Source: Trichoplax adhaerens
Taxonomy: Eukaryota > Animalia > Placozoa
Direction: 5' to 3'
NCBI RefSeq assembly: GCF_000150275.1
Contig: NW_002060967.1
Span: 62,001 to 126,000, forward strand
Length of the DNA stretch: 64,000 nt
Shown here: positions 1 to 11,652 of the stretch, piece after piece
How the letters are laid out: each line of letters opens with the position of its first letter
How positions within the stretch are numbered: position 1 is the first letter of the stretch
The notes under the pieces: model-generated
Seen by the model: only the letters and a program-made list of their open reading frames with translations
Told to the model about the DNA's origin: nothing
The model's database searches: none
Translations under genes and position numbers: made by a program

Positions 1-239
1 GTATAGTGCCGATTGTTAATCAGCGTCAATTTTGCAATCTACTCAATTTGTGCTTCCACAACGATAGCTATTTCTCCTTTATTTCTAGAGCAGCAGTAGC
101 GATCAATTTGCATATAGAAAAACATAGCCACATCTTATATAACTAATCACTAATCGTTTGTATAGCAGTATCCGAAATTAGGAATTTGAAGGCGATAAAC
201 AGTTGTTCAGTAACTTGAGAGAATGTATAAAAGAGTCGT

Positions 240-2210
240 GCAATGCAACATCCATTGTACAAAAAATATTCCGGTTCCTACAGTCCATGCTTGCTTGATA
301 ATTATAATCATCTTATTAACTTAACGTAGGAATGAACTTCATTATTGACTCAAAAATTGTAGTTAACCCCTTGGAGAATATTTCCATGGGTAATTTTTGC
401 TTTGATGATTCATTGACAATTACTTTATTGATATTAGAGGCTGGAAGACGACCTAAAGTCCGTTTTTCAGAACCTGAAACAGCGCTTAGCAATCAATCTT
501 CGCTGCCATTGAAGTGATTGCATGTAAAGAAGCTTCTAAAATGCCTACCCTGGCTGTACAACTATTTGTATTCCTGTTTAGACTTGCAGATTCTATTCTC
601 GTTGAAAAAGCTTAGCAAGGGAAGCCCACAATCGAAACCGTTAATGGAGCGTTTGCTTCTATTAGTACGAGGCTGAATAGGATGACAAATTTACTTTTAC
701 AAGTTTCTATATCCTAAATTGATTTGCTTTATTTTGACAAATCATAAGAAAAGAAGCAACGCACTCATTGTCCTAGGATATTTTTCTATATGATTATAGT
801 CATATACGGATACTGCCGAGAGTTGGTTGTTCTTCATTTTTCTATAAGAATTTGATATGACTCTCGTATTGGCAAAATTTGTTATAACAAAATGTGTACT
901 CGTTGAAATGGATAGTATACTGACGATCCATCATTTCATATCATCTGATTTATGAATGTATTTATTGAATGATTGTTTTTGATGTTCTCACTTTATGGCA
1001 CGGCGTATAAAACTTGGCTGTAATATTACTGGTAAAATAAAATTGGATCGCAAAATTCCAATTTTTGGAATTTGCGAAAAGTAGCTGGGATCCATTTATA
1101 CTAAGAATACTGGAATTGTTCAAATTTTACGATAATTTACTTTTGTATTCATGCAAGCTATGATGCTTATATTCTCAGGCACGCAGCTATGCCTAAAAAT
1201 GATGGTAACTCTCCAATATTGCAAACCACCGCTCTCTTACCTAGTTTTTGTTATAAGCGAATGGAGATGTTGAACGACCAGAGCGAATGGCTTTCGTTCA
1301 TGCAATAAGCTCCAAGATGGTTGACACTCGGTAGAAAATGCATTTAAGTATAGCGCATCTAGACAGGCAAATTGTAAATCTCGGATAGAATATTTTACAT
1401 TGACCGTTTTATTTGCCCCTTTTACTGTCTTGTTCTTCAACTATAGTGCAACATTAGGCGACGATAGCAATAATGCCTATGCTATGGAAATGAGTATCAT
1501 CGTTGGCTACCTTCTCCTCATACTGAACTATGCCATCTAACATTGATAATTGATTAATTCACTGTCAATATGTGATGCTTACAGAAAGGGAAGTTGAGTG
1601 AATTTGGAAATGTCTAGTTTGACTTTGGTAGAATTGATTTTCGCATTGGTCAATATCATAGGCGTGTGTATGTCAATATAAGTAAGAACAGTATTTTTAC
1701 CAATAAAATATATACGTAGAATTCATGTTGGAGTTGAAGAATTGAGTTTGGAATGGGTATTTCATATTTCCAGATTGACGCTAAGCACTTTTAAGGCAGT
1801 CAGAATCTTTTTAAAGTGTTTTTTTTCATCAGTAACGTAAAGACTCTATGACTTTGTTCTAGCCACAAGTGACAAAAATGAAAGCAAGTGTACGAGAGTT
1901 CATTCTATCGGTAGAAACTGGCAAATCACTACAGTAGTAAGAAAATACTATTCTAATTGTAGTTAGTCTCCATGTCCTTGGAGAAGTTGGGTTTTGCTTT
2001 GGAACCGTGGATCTTTCAGAGCCAATTGTTGATCCGATCAATACGCCATGTGCACTAAAGCGCTATGGAATAGCAATGTCTATCTGTGCGATCTATATTT
2101 ATGAAAGGATTTGGCTGGATTGCATTAGGACAGTGCGTATTTCAGAGGCTATTCTTGATCCAATCATGACGCCATGTTGACTAAAGCGCAAATGAATGGC
2201 GATATCAGTA
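240..2210 (-). pseudogene. Decayed intronless ORF remnant of unknown family, with an internal 42-codon repeat and an RSKR motif
   Basis: Minus-strand translation gives long protein-like stretches broken by stops and frameshifts. A 126-nt-period duplication (2031 vs 2157) keeps frame and peptide pattern: DIAIHLRFSQHGVMIGSRIASE vs DIAIP*RFSAHGVLIGSTIGSE. Boundaries are approximate and no family was recognised. Confidence 0.4.
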
Positions 2211-2635
2211 CTCAGTCCAGCACGCTCAATAAGGAAAAAAATGGAATAGTTGTACAAGTATTGACTAGTATAGAGTAAAATTATATCAACGGATAGCGTA
2301 TGAGCTATGTATTTGCAGGATGTAGTTGAATTTCAGTTTTATACAACATCCACGACGACATATCGTTATAATCGTCCACTTTTGGACAGTCCTATTATTT
2401 TATTTTGGACCAGCTGAGAGTGGGCAATGTTTTCTTATTTTTTTGTACCAAAATTGGCTGCCTTTGATTACCCGCGTGTTACGATGGGTAAGCTTGTCCT
2501 AATTATTGAGTAATATTAAATATTGTTTGTGTGGATTGACGTTTTATTAATTATCATTTCTTCCTATAACCTGTTTCATCTTTACATCGGTACGCCTGCT
2601 ACAGTAGCATGATGCCTTCATTAGAGTCTTTCAAA

Positions 2636-3600
2636 AGGTCCATTTTACACAACTTGTTCTTCCTGGCGATGTACCTGCAGACTGCAATTTTGATTTCTTT
2701 CTTGGCCAATCGGAATCTTTCTTTTTCCAGCTGCAAGATTTATTTTACGCAACTTATTCTTCCTGGCGATGTACCTGCAGACTGCAATTTTGATTTCTTT
2801 CTTGGCCAATCGGAATCTTTCTTTTTCCAGCTGCAAGATTTATTTTACGCAACTTGTTCTTCCTGGCGATGTACCTGCAGAGTGCAATTTTGATTTCTTT
2901 CATGGCCGATCGGAATCTTTTTTTTTCCAGCTGCAAGGTCCATTTTACACACACAACCTGTTCTTCCTGGCGATGTACCTGCAGACCGCAAGTTTGATTT
3001 CTTGACGATCGGAATCTTTTTTTTCCAGTTCCAAGGTTTATTTTATGCAACTTGTTCTTTCTGGCAATGTACCTGCAGACCGCAATTTGGATTTGTTGAC
3101 GATCGGAATCTTTTTTTTCCAGTTGCAAGATCCATTTTATGCAATTTGTTCTTTCTGGCGATGTACCTGCAGACCGCAATTTGGATTTGTTGATGATCGG
3201 AATCTTTTTTTTCCAGTTGCAAGATCCATTTTATGCAACTTGTTCTTTCTGGCGATGTACCTGCAGACTGCAATTTGGATTTCTTTCATGGCCAATCGGA
3301 ATCTTTTTTTTCCAGCTGCAAGGTTTATTTTACGCAACTTGTTCTTCCTGGCGATGTACCTGCAGACTGCAATTTGGATTTGTTGACGATCGGAATCTTT
3401 TTTTTCCAGTTGCAAGATCCATTTTATGCAATTTGTTCTTTCTGGCGATGTACCTGCAGACCGCAATTTGGATTTGTTGATGATCGGAATCTTTTTTTTC
3501 CAGTTGCAAGATCCATTTTATGCAACTTGTTCTTTCTGGCGATGTACCTGCAGACCGCAATTTGGATTTGTTGACGATCGGAATGGTTTTTTTTCCAGTT
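2636..3600. repeat. Tandem minisatellite, 10 units of 94-104 bp
   Basis: Core GTACCTGCAG recurs at 2671, 2771, 2871, 2975, 3069, 3163, 3257, 3356, 3450 and 3544 (spacings 100,100,104,94,94,94,99,94,94). Two unit subtypes. The array explains the many overlapping repetitive ORFs in the track. Confidence 0.97.
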
Positions 3601-4484
3601 GGATAATGCTTACTGCGCAGCCGTCCAGCACTGTCCAACCATGGAAAGTGCTGGACTGCCGATAGAGGTAGGGTACAGTATTGGACATGCAGTACTGTAT
3701 GGGATGGCGTAGAGTCCTGTCGACTGAGTGGCTAGGCGTATGGGTTGGTCATTCTTGGCCAGCATTTCATTCAATCAATTTCATTTTGCATGTCCATGGC
3801 GAGAAGAACCGACTGGCTGCTGCTGCTGCTGCAACAGAGGCAATGATGGCGTCCATGTTATCCATGCGATGAGGAGGAGTAGTTGTTGTCGCTGTTGAAC
3901 TAAGATTGAATTTATTGGCTTGTGTAGTAGGAAACAGTTGGAGTTTCTTTTCCACCGGTTGAGGAGTGGTTGGCATTGGGGTCTAGGACAACGATGTAGA
4001 AAAGAAGTCAAGAAGAAAGGAGATACGACTTGTCTTGATTGCTTTGACTTTGGTCTACCTTGCTATTGAGAAGTTGCAATAACGTTAGTCTTCAAAGTCT
4101 TGTCCATGTTGTTTGCTTTTGGTCGACCAAGTCAGTAAAGGAAACAAGTGAAGGTGTGATCACGACCTTGGGTGGCCCCAAAATCAATTCGCTGGTGTTA
4201 GGCAATCCCTGTCGATCTGCGGCGCCTTTCTTGCCTGTCGCTGTCTTATCCCTTCCACCGCCTGTTTATCGTCGACTTGCAACATTCTTCCATCAAGGAG
4301 AAGACATCGATGCTGAATGAGGTAGTAGCACCTTGGCTAGCAGGTACATTACTAGTAATCTACCGCGTCATCATGTTCCACTTTGCATCATATGTGTACT
4401 GGCTAACATCGATTCTACTCATCCATTGAAATAGAATTTGAAAACTACTTCCTTTCCATGTATGTCGTTCAAATCTTGCACTGA

Positions 4485-7400
4485 ATGGCTATCAATTGCT
4501 TTACTTGTCGTCGTCGGCGGCCTCTAACATGGTTTATCACCATCATAGTCATTATGCCATTACTATCCATTTATTTTTGTGCTATCTATTTGACTGGATT
4601 GCACGTTATCCAATTGAAAGGTAAGTTGACAATATTTCATAGGTTGATGTCAATTTGAAAAGGGAGCAATGGGTTATCCTTGTCCATGGTAGTGTGGCAG
4701 TCAATACTACAAGACTAACAGAGTAATGCTATGCTACAATCCTCTATGATAGCAGTCATAAATACAATCAATTCTTCATCAATTTGATCATGCTGGATAG
4801 GCAATTGCTTATTGCTAAAGTTCTCCATCAATACGAGTCGTTGAACATTGTCAATTCAGCCATGACAATCGAGATCCGAAAAACAGTCTAGCCGTGCAAT
4901 ATTGTTGTCGATAAATACGATCCCTATCATGAAAACATTACAGATGCTCAATTCATCCATTTTATTCTTGCTATTTAGAAACAGGATTGACCACCTTAAC
5001 ATCTTCTTTTCATCACTTAAATTGATTTTTGTTTGAAGATAAGGCATCATCTGTACTGTAGATTTTGAACCATGATCTTAAAAATCAAATCATAACACTT
5101 GCCTTGATCGGCATACTACTCTCATCTTAGCTTCATCTACTTCGTCAGATAGCTAATTAATTCGTAAGCAGGAACGTGGATGACATTAACACATTGACAG
5201 CTGCCTTCCATCAGGATAGTCTACTATAATGTAATTAAATAGGATACTGGATTAGTATTTACGCAACACCTGCAGTCTTTGTTGCCATCATCAACTCAGA
5301 TCACTCAAGTCTCAAGACGATGTCAACTAATAATTAATGAAAGAAGCAGCATGGATAGCCATAGATGAAGAATCTCATGCATGATAAAGACAACTATTTA
5401 AAAGGATAATCAAAATTTAGCCTCAGGTTATGACATGCAAGTCTTGAAAAGATTGAAATAATTATAATATCATTATTCATTTTAGCTTTCAGCTTAATTT
5501 TGATCCTAAACGGTCGATCGCAGATTATTCTTCCTCATTTATCATCAGACCGCATAGTTTACTTGCTATTACTTGATTATAAAGTAAATATTGAACAGAA
5601 TAAGCTAATCCTAGTCCACTATTGCAGTAGAATTATAGTAATCCGGCATCATAGACTAGAATCGAGATATATTAATATCCTAATACTACTTCAATGACAG
5701 ATTTGAGTTATTAGATCGACTTTAAAAAATCTGACGACCATATATCATATTACTTTTATCAGTCGTTCAATAGTTCAATAATGTGATTGTACTAATCAAT
5801 TTAGATTCGTCCCGTTCTCCATTCTTTTTTGTCTTCTTCATCTGTTACCACATCAACTATAATAATGATGACAACATGATGCAGTGGTCTAGAAACAAAT
5901 ACGCCTTCACCACATTCATGTTTTCATTATTTTCATTGACTGTCGTGTGTTCATCCTGAAAAATGAGATAATAGTGCTTTAATAGTAATTCTATTTTGCT
6001 TGATATTAGATGAAGCCCAATTTCCCTAATAATTTTACTCGTAGTATGATCCAATACGGTGTATTCAATACAATAACGAACTTGAAGATTATCCTAATTG
6101 CAGCAGATCAGTAGAAATAGCCCCTGTAACAACGTAGAATGTAAACTGATTAAGTTAACTTTTTCGTCGCCATTAGGCTTCCTTTTACTTGTATTGTATG
6201 TACAGTAGCTACACCATTGCAAGACTATATTTCTCCTTGACTTATTTATTCACCGTAATTCTATTAGTATTACGGATAATGCTGCTTTGCTAATTAATTT
6301 ATCTGACGTAATACCTCTTAGCTTGATACTAATGTTAATTTAAATTCCTATCCCTTCTGAGAGGATACTGCACCATCATTGTTAGTATAGATTGTGGATA
6401 TTGAAGCAAACTCACAACCTACAACCTCAATTTTACACGCGTATTATTATATTCTACTTATATCTGAAGAAATTACCCGTCACTTTAATGTTTATCCAAG
6501 TTCTTATGGGGCGGTCACTTTTGTGGCGAATAATAAATTGGTAGTCTTACATAAAATGGGATGAAATAGTCAGTGTCGTAGAAAGAATTCCGTCAATGAA
6601 ATCAGTTGTGTATGCTACAATCTTAAGGATGCAATCTTAAATAGACACTTTATCCGATAAAGTTATCTCGATTGTAAATGCAATAATTTATAATATTACC
6701 AAGTATGAAAGAAACTTATAAATCAACTGAGACATGATGTAAAGAAATTGGATGCCACAATCAAAACAAATATAATATTAAATATTAATTCTATTACAGC
6801 TGATGCATCTAATAGCAGAATGCACTTTATGGAGGATGCGATCGATCATAATAGCAATAAAGATAATATTAACAAACATCAAGATTTAACAAATGCGGAT
6901 TCAAATCGGCAGTCTATGGGCGCCAATGATGTTATGGCCTCTGATTATAACCATCCATACGGCGAGATTCGTTCATGCGAGGTAAATATAGACCTTAAAT
7001 TTATAGTGAAACGAATTGTCATATTACCAAATTTGCTGTAGCTGTTCAGATTTCTATTGAGCTAGGTCTGGGCATGGTACAAAATGATGATGCTTTATAG
7101 CCATATACGGCAATGCCATAGTTCTTCTAATCTCCACCAGGCTTTTAATTCACTGACGAAACTATTCATTAACTATTCAATTTCGATGTTGTAATTTTGG
7201 ATCTACGTAATACTTTTCAATTCTGTGTATTCATGGGAATTGAAGTGATTGTTTTCAATCGAACCTTAATAGGTTATTCATGTGGCCATAGTGGTGGGTG
7301 GCTATGATGCTAGTCGTGATGTTATAACTTTAATAAAGTCTGTATTATTTTACCGAAATCATCCACTGCATTTTCACTTTATTGCTGATCCTTCTGCGCA

Positions 7401-10400
7401 GAACATTCTGTCCAAGCACTTTTTTACTTGGCAATTACACCATGGTTAGCCAAATTTTTAAATGCAACAACTAAAGCGTAACTAAACTCTTTGCGACTTA
7501 TTATTATTCCTGTAAAGATGAACGACACAGCTGTATCAGTTCTTAAGGTTACTAACAAGGAATTTTTCTTCTTTATGATCACACAGTTGATATTAGCTTT
7601 TACAACTTGCAAAGTATCAAGGTAAGACAAGGATTGCTTGAATCGATCATTAATTTCATCCGCATCAATTTTGTATGAAGTGCATGGTTGTTACCTATTA
7701 AACAGTTTCTAGTAAGAATGATCAATAATCTTTTCACTACATTTACAGAAAGAGATTGCTTGGATACCTAATCGACATTATTCCGGCATTTATGGACTAA
7801 TGAAATTAATATTAATTACAATATTACCCAATAGTCTAAAGCGGGTACGAAATAACTATATGAATTTCTCTTATTTAGCTTTTAAGATAAGTATTTGATG
7901 TTACAGTATCACCCTATTGACCTTCAAATTAATTATCGCAAATTTAGGTAATCGTACTAGATACAGATCTTACTTTCAATGCCGATATTGCTGATTTATG
8001 GTACTATTTTCGCTACTTAACAAAGGATAAGGTAAAAGACTAACGTTGTAATCACTATTACGCATATATCAACAACTTAATACATTTTATCGCAAATAAA
8101 AGGTATCGTTAATATTTTAATAGTTGCTGCTATTTATAAATGCTGAAACTAGATTTTAGGCCTAGTTGAAAATCAAAGTGATTGGTACTTAGGCAAACTA
8201 TGGAAGAATCACACACCCTGGCCAGCATTGGTACGTATTATACTTGATATGCATAGTGCCAGTGACTACTCAACCAAATTTCTCCGCTACCTGCTTTACT
8301 CAAGGAAATTTTTGTTGAATAGTCGATAGAGCATTCGAATACACAGTTATGTGCGTTTTAGATTGTTCGCTAAATCAATGATACTTGCTTGGTATTGTAC
8401 AACTTATGTTACGACCACATTGTAAGGTAATTGTGTTAAACGGCGATTTTAAAATTAATTAATAAATGAACGAATGGCTGGTTACTTAGGGTCGTGGTTT
8501 TAATACTGGCGTTATGTTAATCAATCTAAGCAAACTGCGACAGAATAACTGGAACTATATCTGGAAGGAAGTGACCGAAAAACAATTGAAGACTTTAACT
8601 TACACGACCTTAGCAGATCAAGATATTATCAATGCTGTAATTAAATCGTATCCGAAGTTAGTGTACAGGTTACCGTGTAGCTGGAATATTCAATTAAGTG
8701 ATAACACTCGCAGCCAGGTAAAGTTTGTTCATAATATGTATTATAATGCAAATTCGTAGGCAAAAAGTTTCAGTCACTTAATAGTACACTACTTCAGCTC
8801 TAAGTGTCATTGTTATACATTGTATTACCTTTTTAGGCCTATATCAATAAGCTAATGCAAGTCTTTATCACTGTCTAGTTGTAAATTATTGAAATAAATT
8901 AAATAATATATAAATTACCGGTACGTAAATTGTTGCAATTTTTACACTCCGTTACGGCAGACATGTTATAAGAAATCATCAGAAATAAAGGTAGCCTAAT
9001 AACGTTATTGAACGATTAACGATTTTAAATATTAAATAGCTGCGATAGATATATTTTTATCTTCTTTTTGATTTAATATAGCCCACAATAATGTAAAATC
9101 TTATTGACTTTAGATTATACACTGGAATTCACCAAAAAAGATAAATGTCAGAAATAAACATATTCAATATTTTCGAAACATTTATCAGACTTTTATTGAA
9201 TTAGATGGAAATTTGCTAAGGTAAGCAAACTTTGTTTTGTAGCAACTGATTCCATTAATTATTTGCTTTATAAACATATTTATATATATTATACTTAAAT
9301 ATTAATATGTATTAAACTTTGTGATATTAATGTCATACTGTATAGACGTGAACTAATTGGTTGTGAGAAATCCAATCTAAAGCCGACTTCGGTTAGAACT
9401 CGTAATATGCACGTACAACTAAAAATTGTATCAAACGATAATTTATGGTAACTGATCTGTATGCCTTCTATTAGCCGATAAACATAAAGAAGAGTGACCC
9501 TTGCTATCAATTTAGAGTTGAAGCCTACATCTCACACAGAATTCATCCATACTTATTAGATTACAAGTATCAACCGGTTAGCATCGCGTTCTGTATTGTT
9601 CCAGATTGCTAGTATCAACAATTACTGTTTCACTGTTACTGATTTTAATAGGTCTTCAGACGTATTAGAATTCCAAGTCATCTATTATTAATATGTTAAA
9701 TTCTAGAATGACAATTACGATGTTACTCTTGTAACTCATTTATCAATTGACCGTTTACAAATGTTGGACGGCTTAGCTAAACATTGGACTGGTATGACAT
9801 TACCTTATGAACTAATTTATGTAATATATAAAACATAAATGCACGGCCGGATGCATAGTAACGCCATTTTTTCATTTACTAGGTCCAATGAGTATAGCTC
9901 TTTATGTAACAGACCGTGACGTTCCTAGCATACGCAGTTTTATCCAACATTCTAACAATTTGTCCAATCGAAAAAATATAGGATATCATATCGTTTATAT
10001 CCAAGGAGTAAGTATACTTGCATAAATGGAAGCTTCAGATTGTACTGTTTGTATCTTCATATACTATAGGATGAATACCCGTTTAGATTCTTATTTACTA
10101 ATTGATGAAGGAAATTATCTATAAAAATTATTGTACTGATATGTAGTAAATATTTTAGGACTGCTACCCAGTGAATAAATTGCGAAATATCGCCCTTGAT
10201 TATATAACCACTGATTATGTTTTCTTACTCGATATCGATTTCCTTCCAAGTCATAACTCATATCAGTACTTGAGGTACTATTTTGGTCTTCATTTTAAGG
10301 AAGCATTAAGATTTTCTAGTAAATTTAGTAAATTAACTTTTTCCTGCTTTAATAGAGATTTTCTGTCGCTGCAACATAATTTTAATAAGGCTGCCTTAAT

Positions 10401-11273
10401 CGTACCAGCCTTTGAAACACAACGCTATCGTGTCAATTTTCCAGAGTCGAAAGAAAGGCTGATAGCACTACTAAATAAGCAAGAATTATTTACTTTTAGA
10501 TATCATCTTTACACTAAAGCTCATTCTCCAACTAACTATACGAAATGGCAGACAGCAAACGAAACGTATCAGGTATGCACTTTATTATAATCGGAATGAT
10601 AACAGTTAGTGGTGGCAATAATTTTCAGCGTGGTTAACTATCTCGTATTATTAAATAATCATTATCTCTGCCGGAAAATGCTTCAAATGTAATCTTAAAA
10701 ATTTCTGTCTACACATAGTAAATACAAGAGTCATTATTTTCGTTCTACTGTACCGTACATTGTATGGTCAATAAATTATCTTAGCGGTTCCGTCAATCAC
10801 TTTGCATCTATTGAAGAGCCTTACATTTAAGATGAATGTTTATGAGTCGGAATAAATCTTAACGTCTACTATGTAGCTTTGCTCAGTATTTACTGAACTA
10901 TTACTCGATAAAAATTTTAAAATTATCCATTGTGAGTATTACCGGAACGTTCATATACAAAATCTTTATTCGACTATAGGTACAATGGCAGGAAAATTTT
11001 GAGCCATATATTGTAGTTACGAAAAATGTAGCCCGATACGATGAACGCTTTATCGGCTTTGGATGGAATAAAGTATCGCATATTATGGAACTACACGCTC
11101 GAGGCTATCGATTTCTAGTCTTGCCGAATGTCTTTATCATTCACATGCCTCATAGCCCATCGAGAGATATAACAAAATTTAGGTCAAGCAAAGTTTACCG
11201 GAGTTGTCTTAAGCGCATAAAAGAAGAATTCAAGTCCGAACTATTAAAGAATTTTCCTCACATAAAAACTTAA
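4485..11273 (+). CDS. LARGE: LARGE-type bifunctional xylosyl-/glucuronyltransferase (GT8 + GT49), multi-exon
   Basis: Exon 1 4485-4620 encodes a type II membrane anchor ([31 protein letters not shown]..., donor G|gtaagt), spliced in phase to 6800-6981. Later exons give [65 protein letters not shown] (DXD), [58 protein letters not shown] (second DXD), [20 protein letters not shown] and IIHMPHSPS. Stop at 11273. Confidence 0.95.
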
Positions 11274-11652
11274 TTCAGCGTAGACCTTATATAAATGTAT
11301 TTGTTAGACCGATTTTATTATCATGATTATAGTTAAATTTCCGTACTATTCAGCCGTAAATGACTACAAGATGTCCAAAAAAGTTCATCTTCGTCAACTT
11401 TAGATCCTAAAGAATTCAATTTTTGAATGCTTTGTGTGGAAGTAACTACGTATTTGTAACTTAGAATGTACGAAAAATATTGTGATATGCAATATCGCAT
11501 GAACAAAAGTTATGTTTATAGCAGCGACTTTCCAGTGGAAAGAAAGGGGTTATTTACTATATTTATATTACTATTTCGCTTACGATAAATGTATCAATTT
11601 TCGAAATGTCTACCGCAGACAATAGGAGAAAATCTATTAAACATCCTATAAG

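Noticed and set aside
2636-3600. CRISPR-like appearance of the repeat arrays (also 17917-18540)
   Set aside because: Whole units are repeated with no unique spacers, there are no cas genes, and the context is eukaryotic.
2609-3665. Many overlapping ORFs with repeated KKRF/CRYIARK motifs resembling a neuropeptide precursor
   Set aside because: Most unit lengths (94, 100, 104) are not multiples of three, so frames rotate; there is no signal peptide. These are by-products of the DNA repeat.
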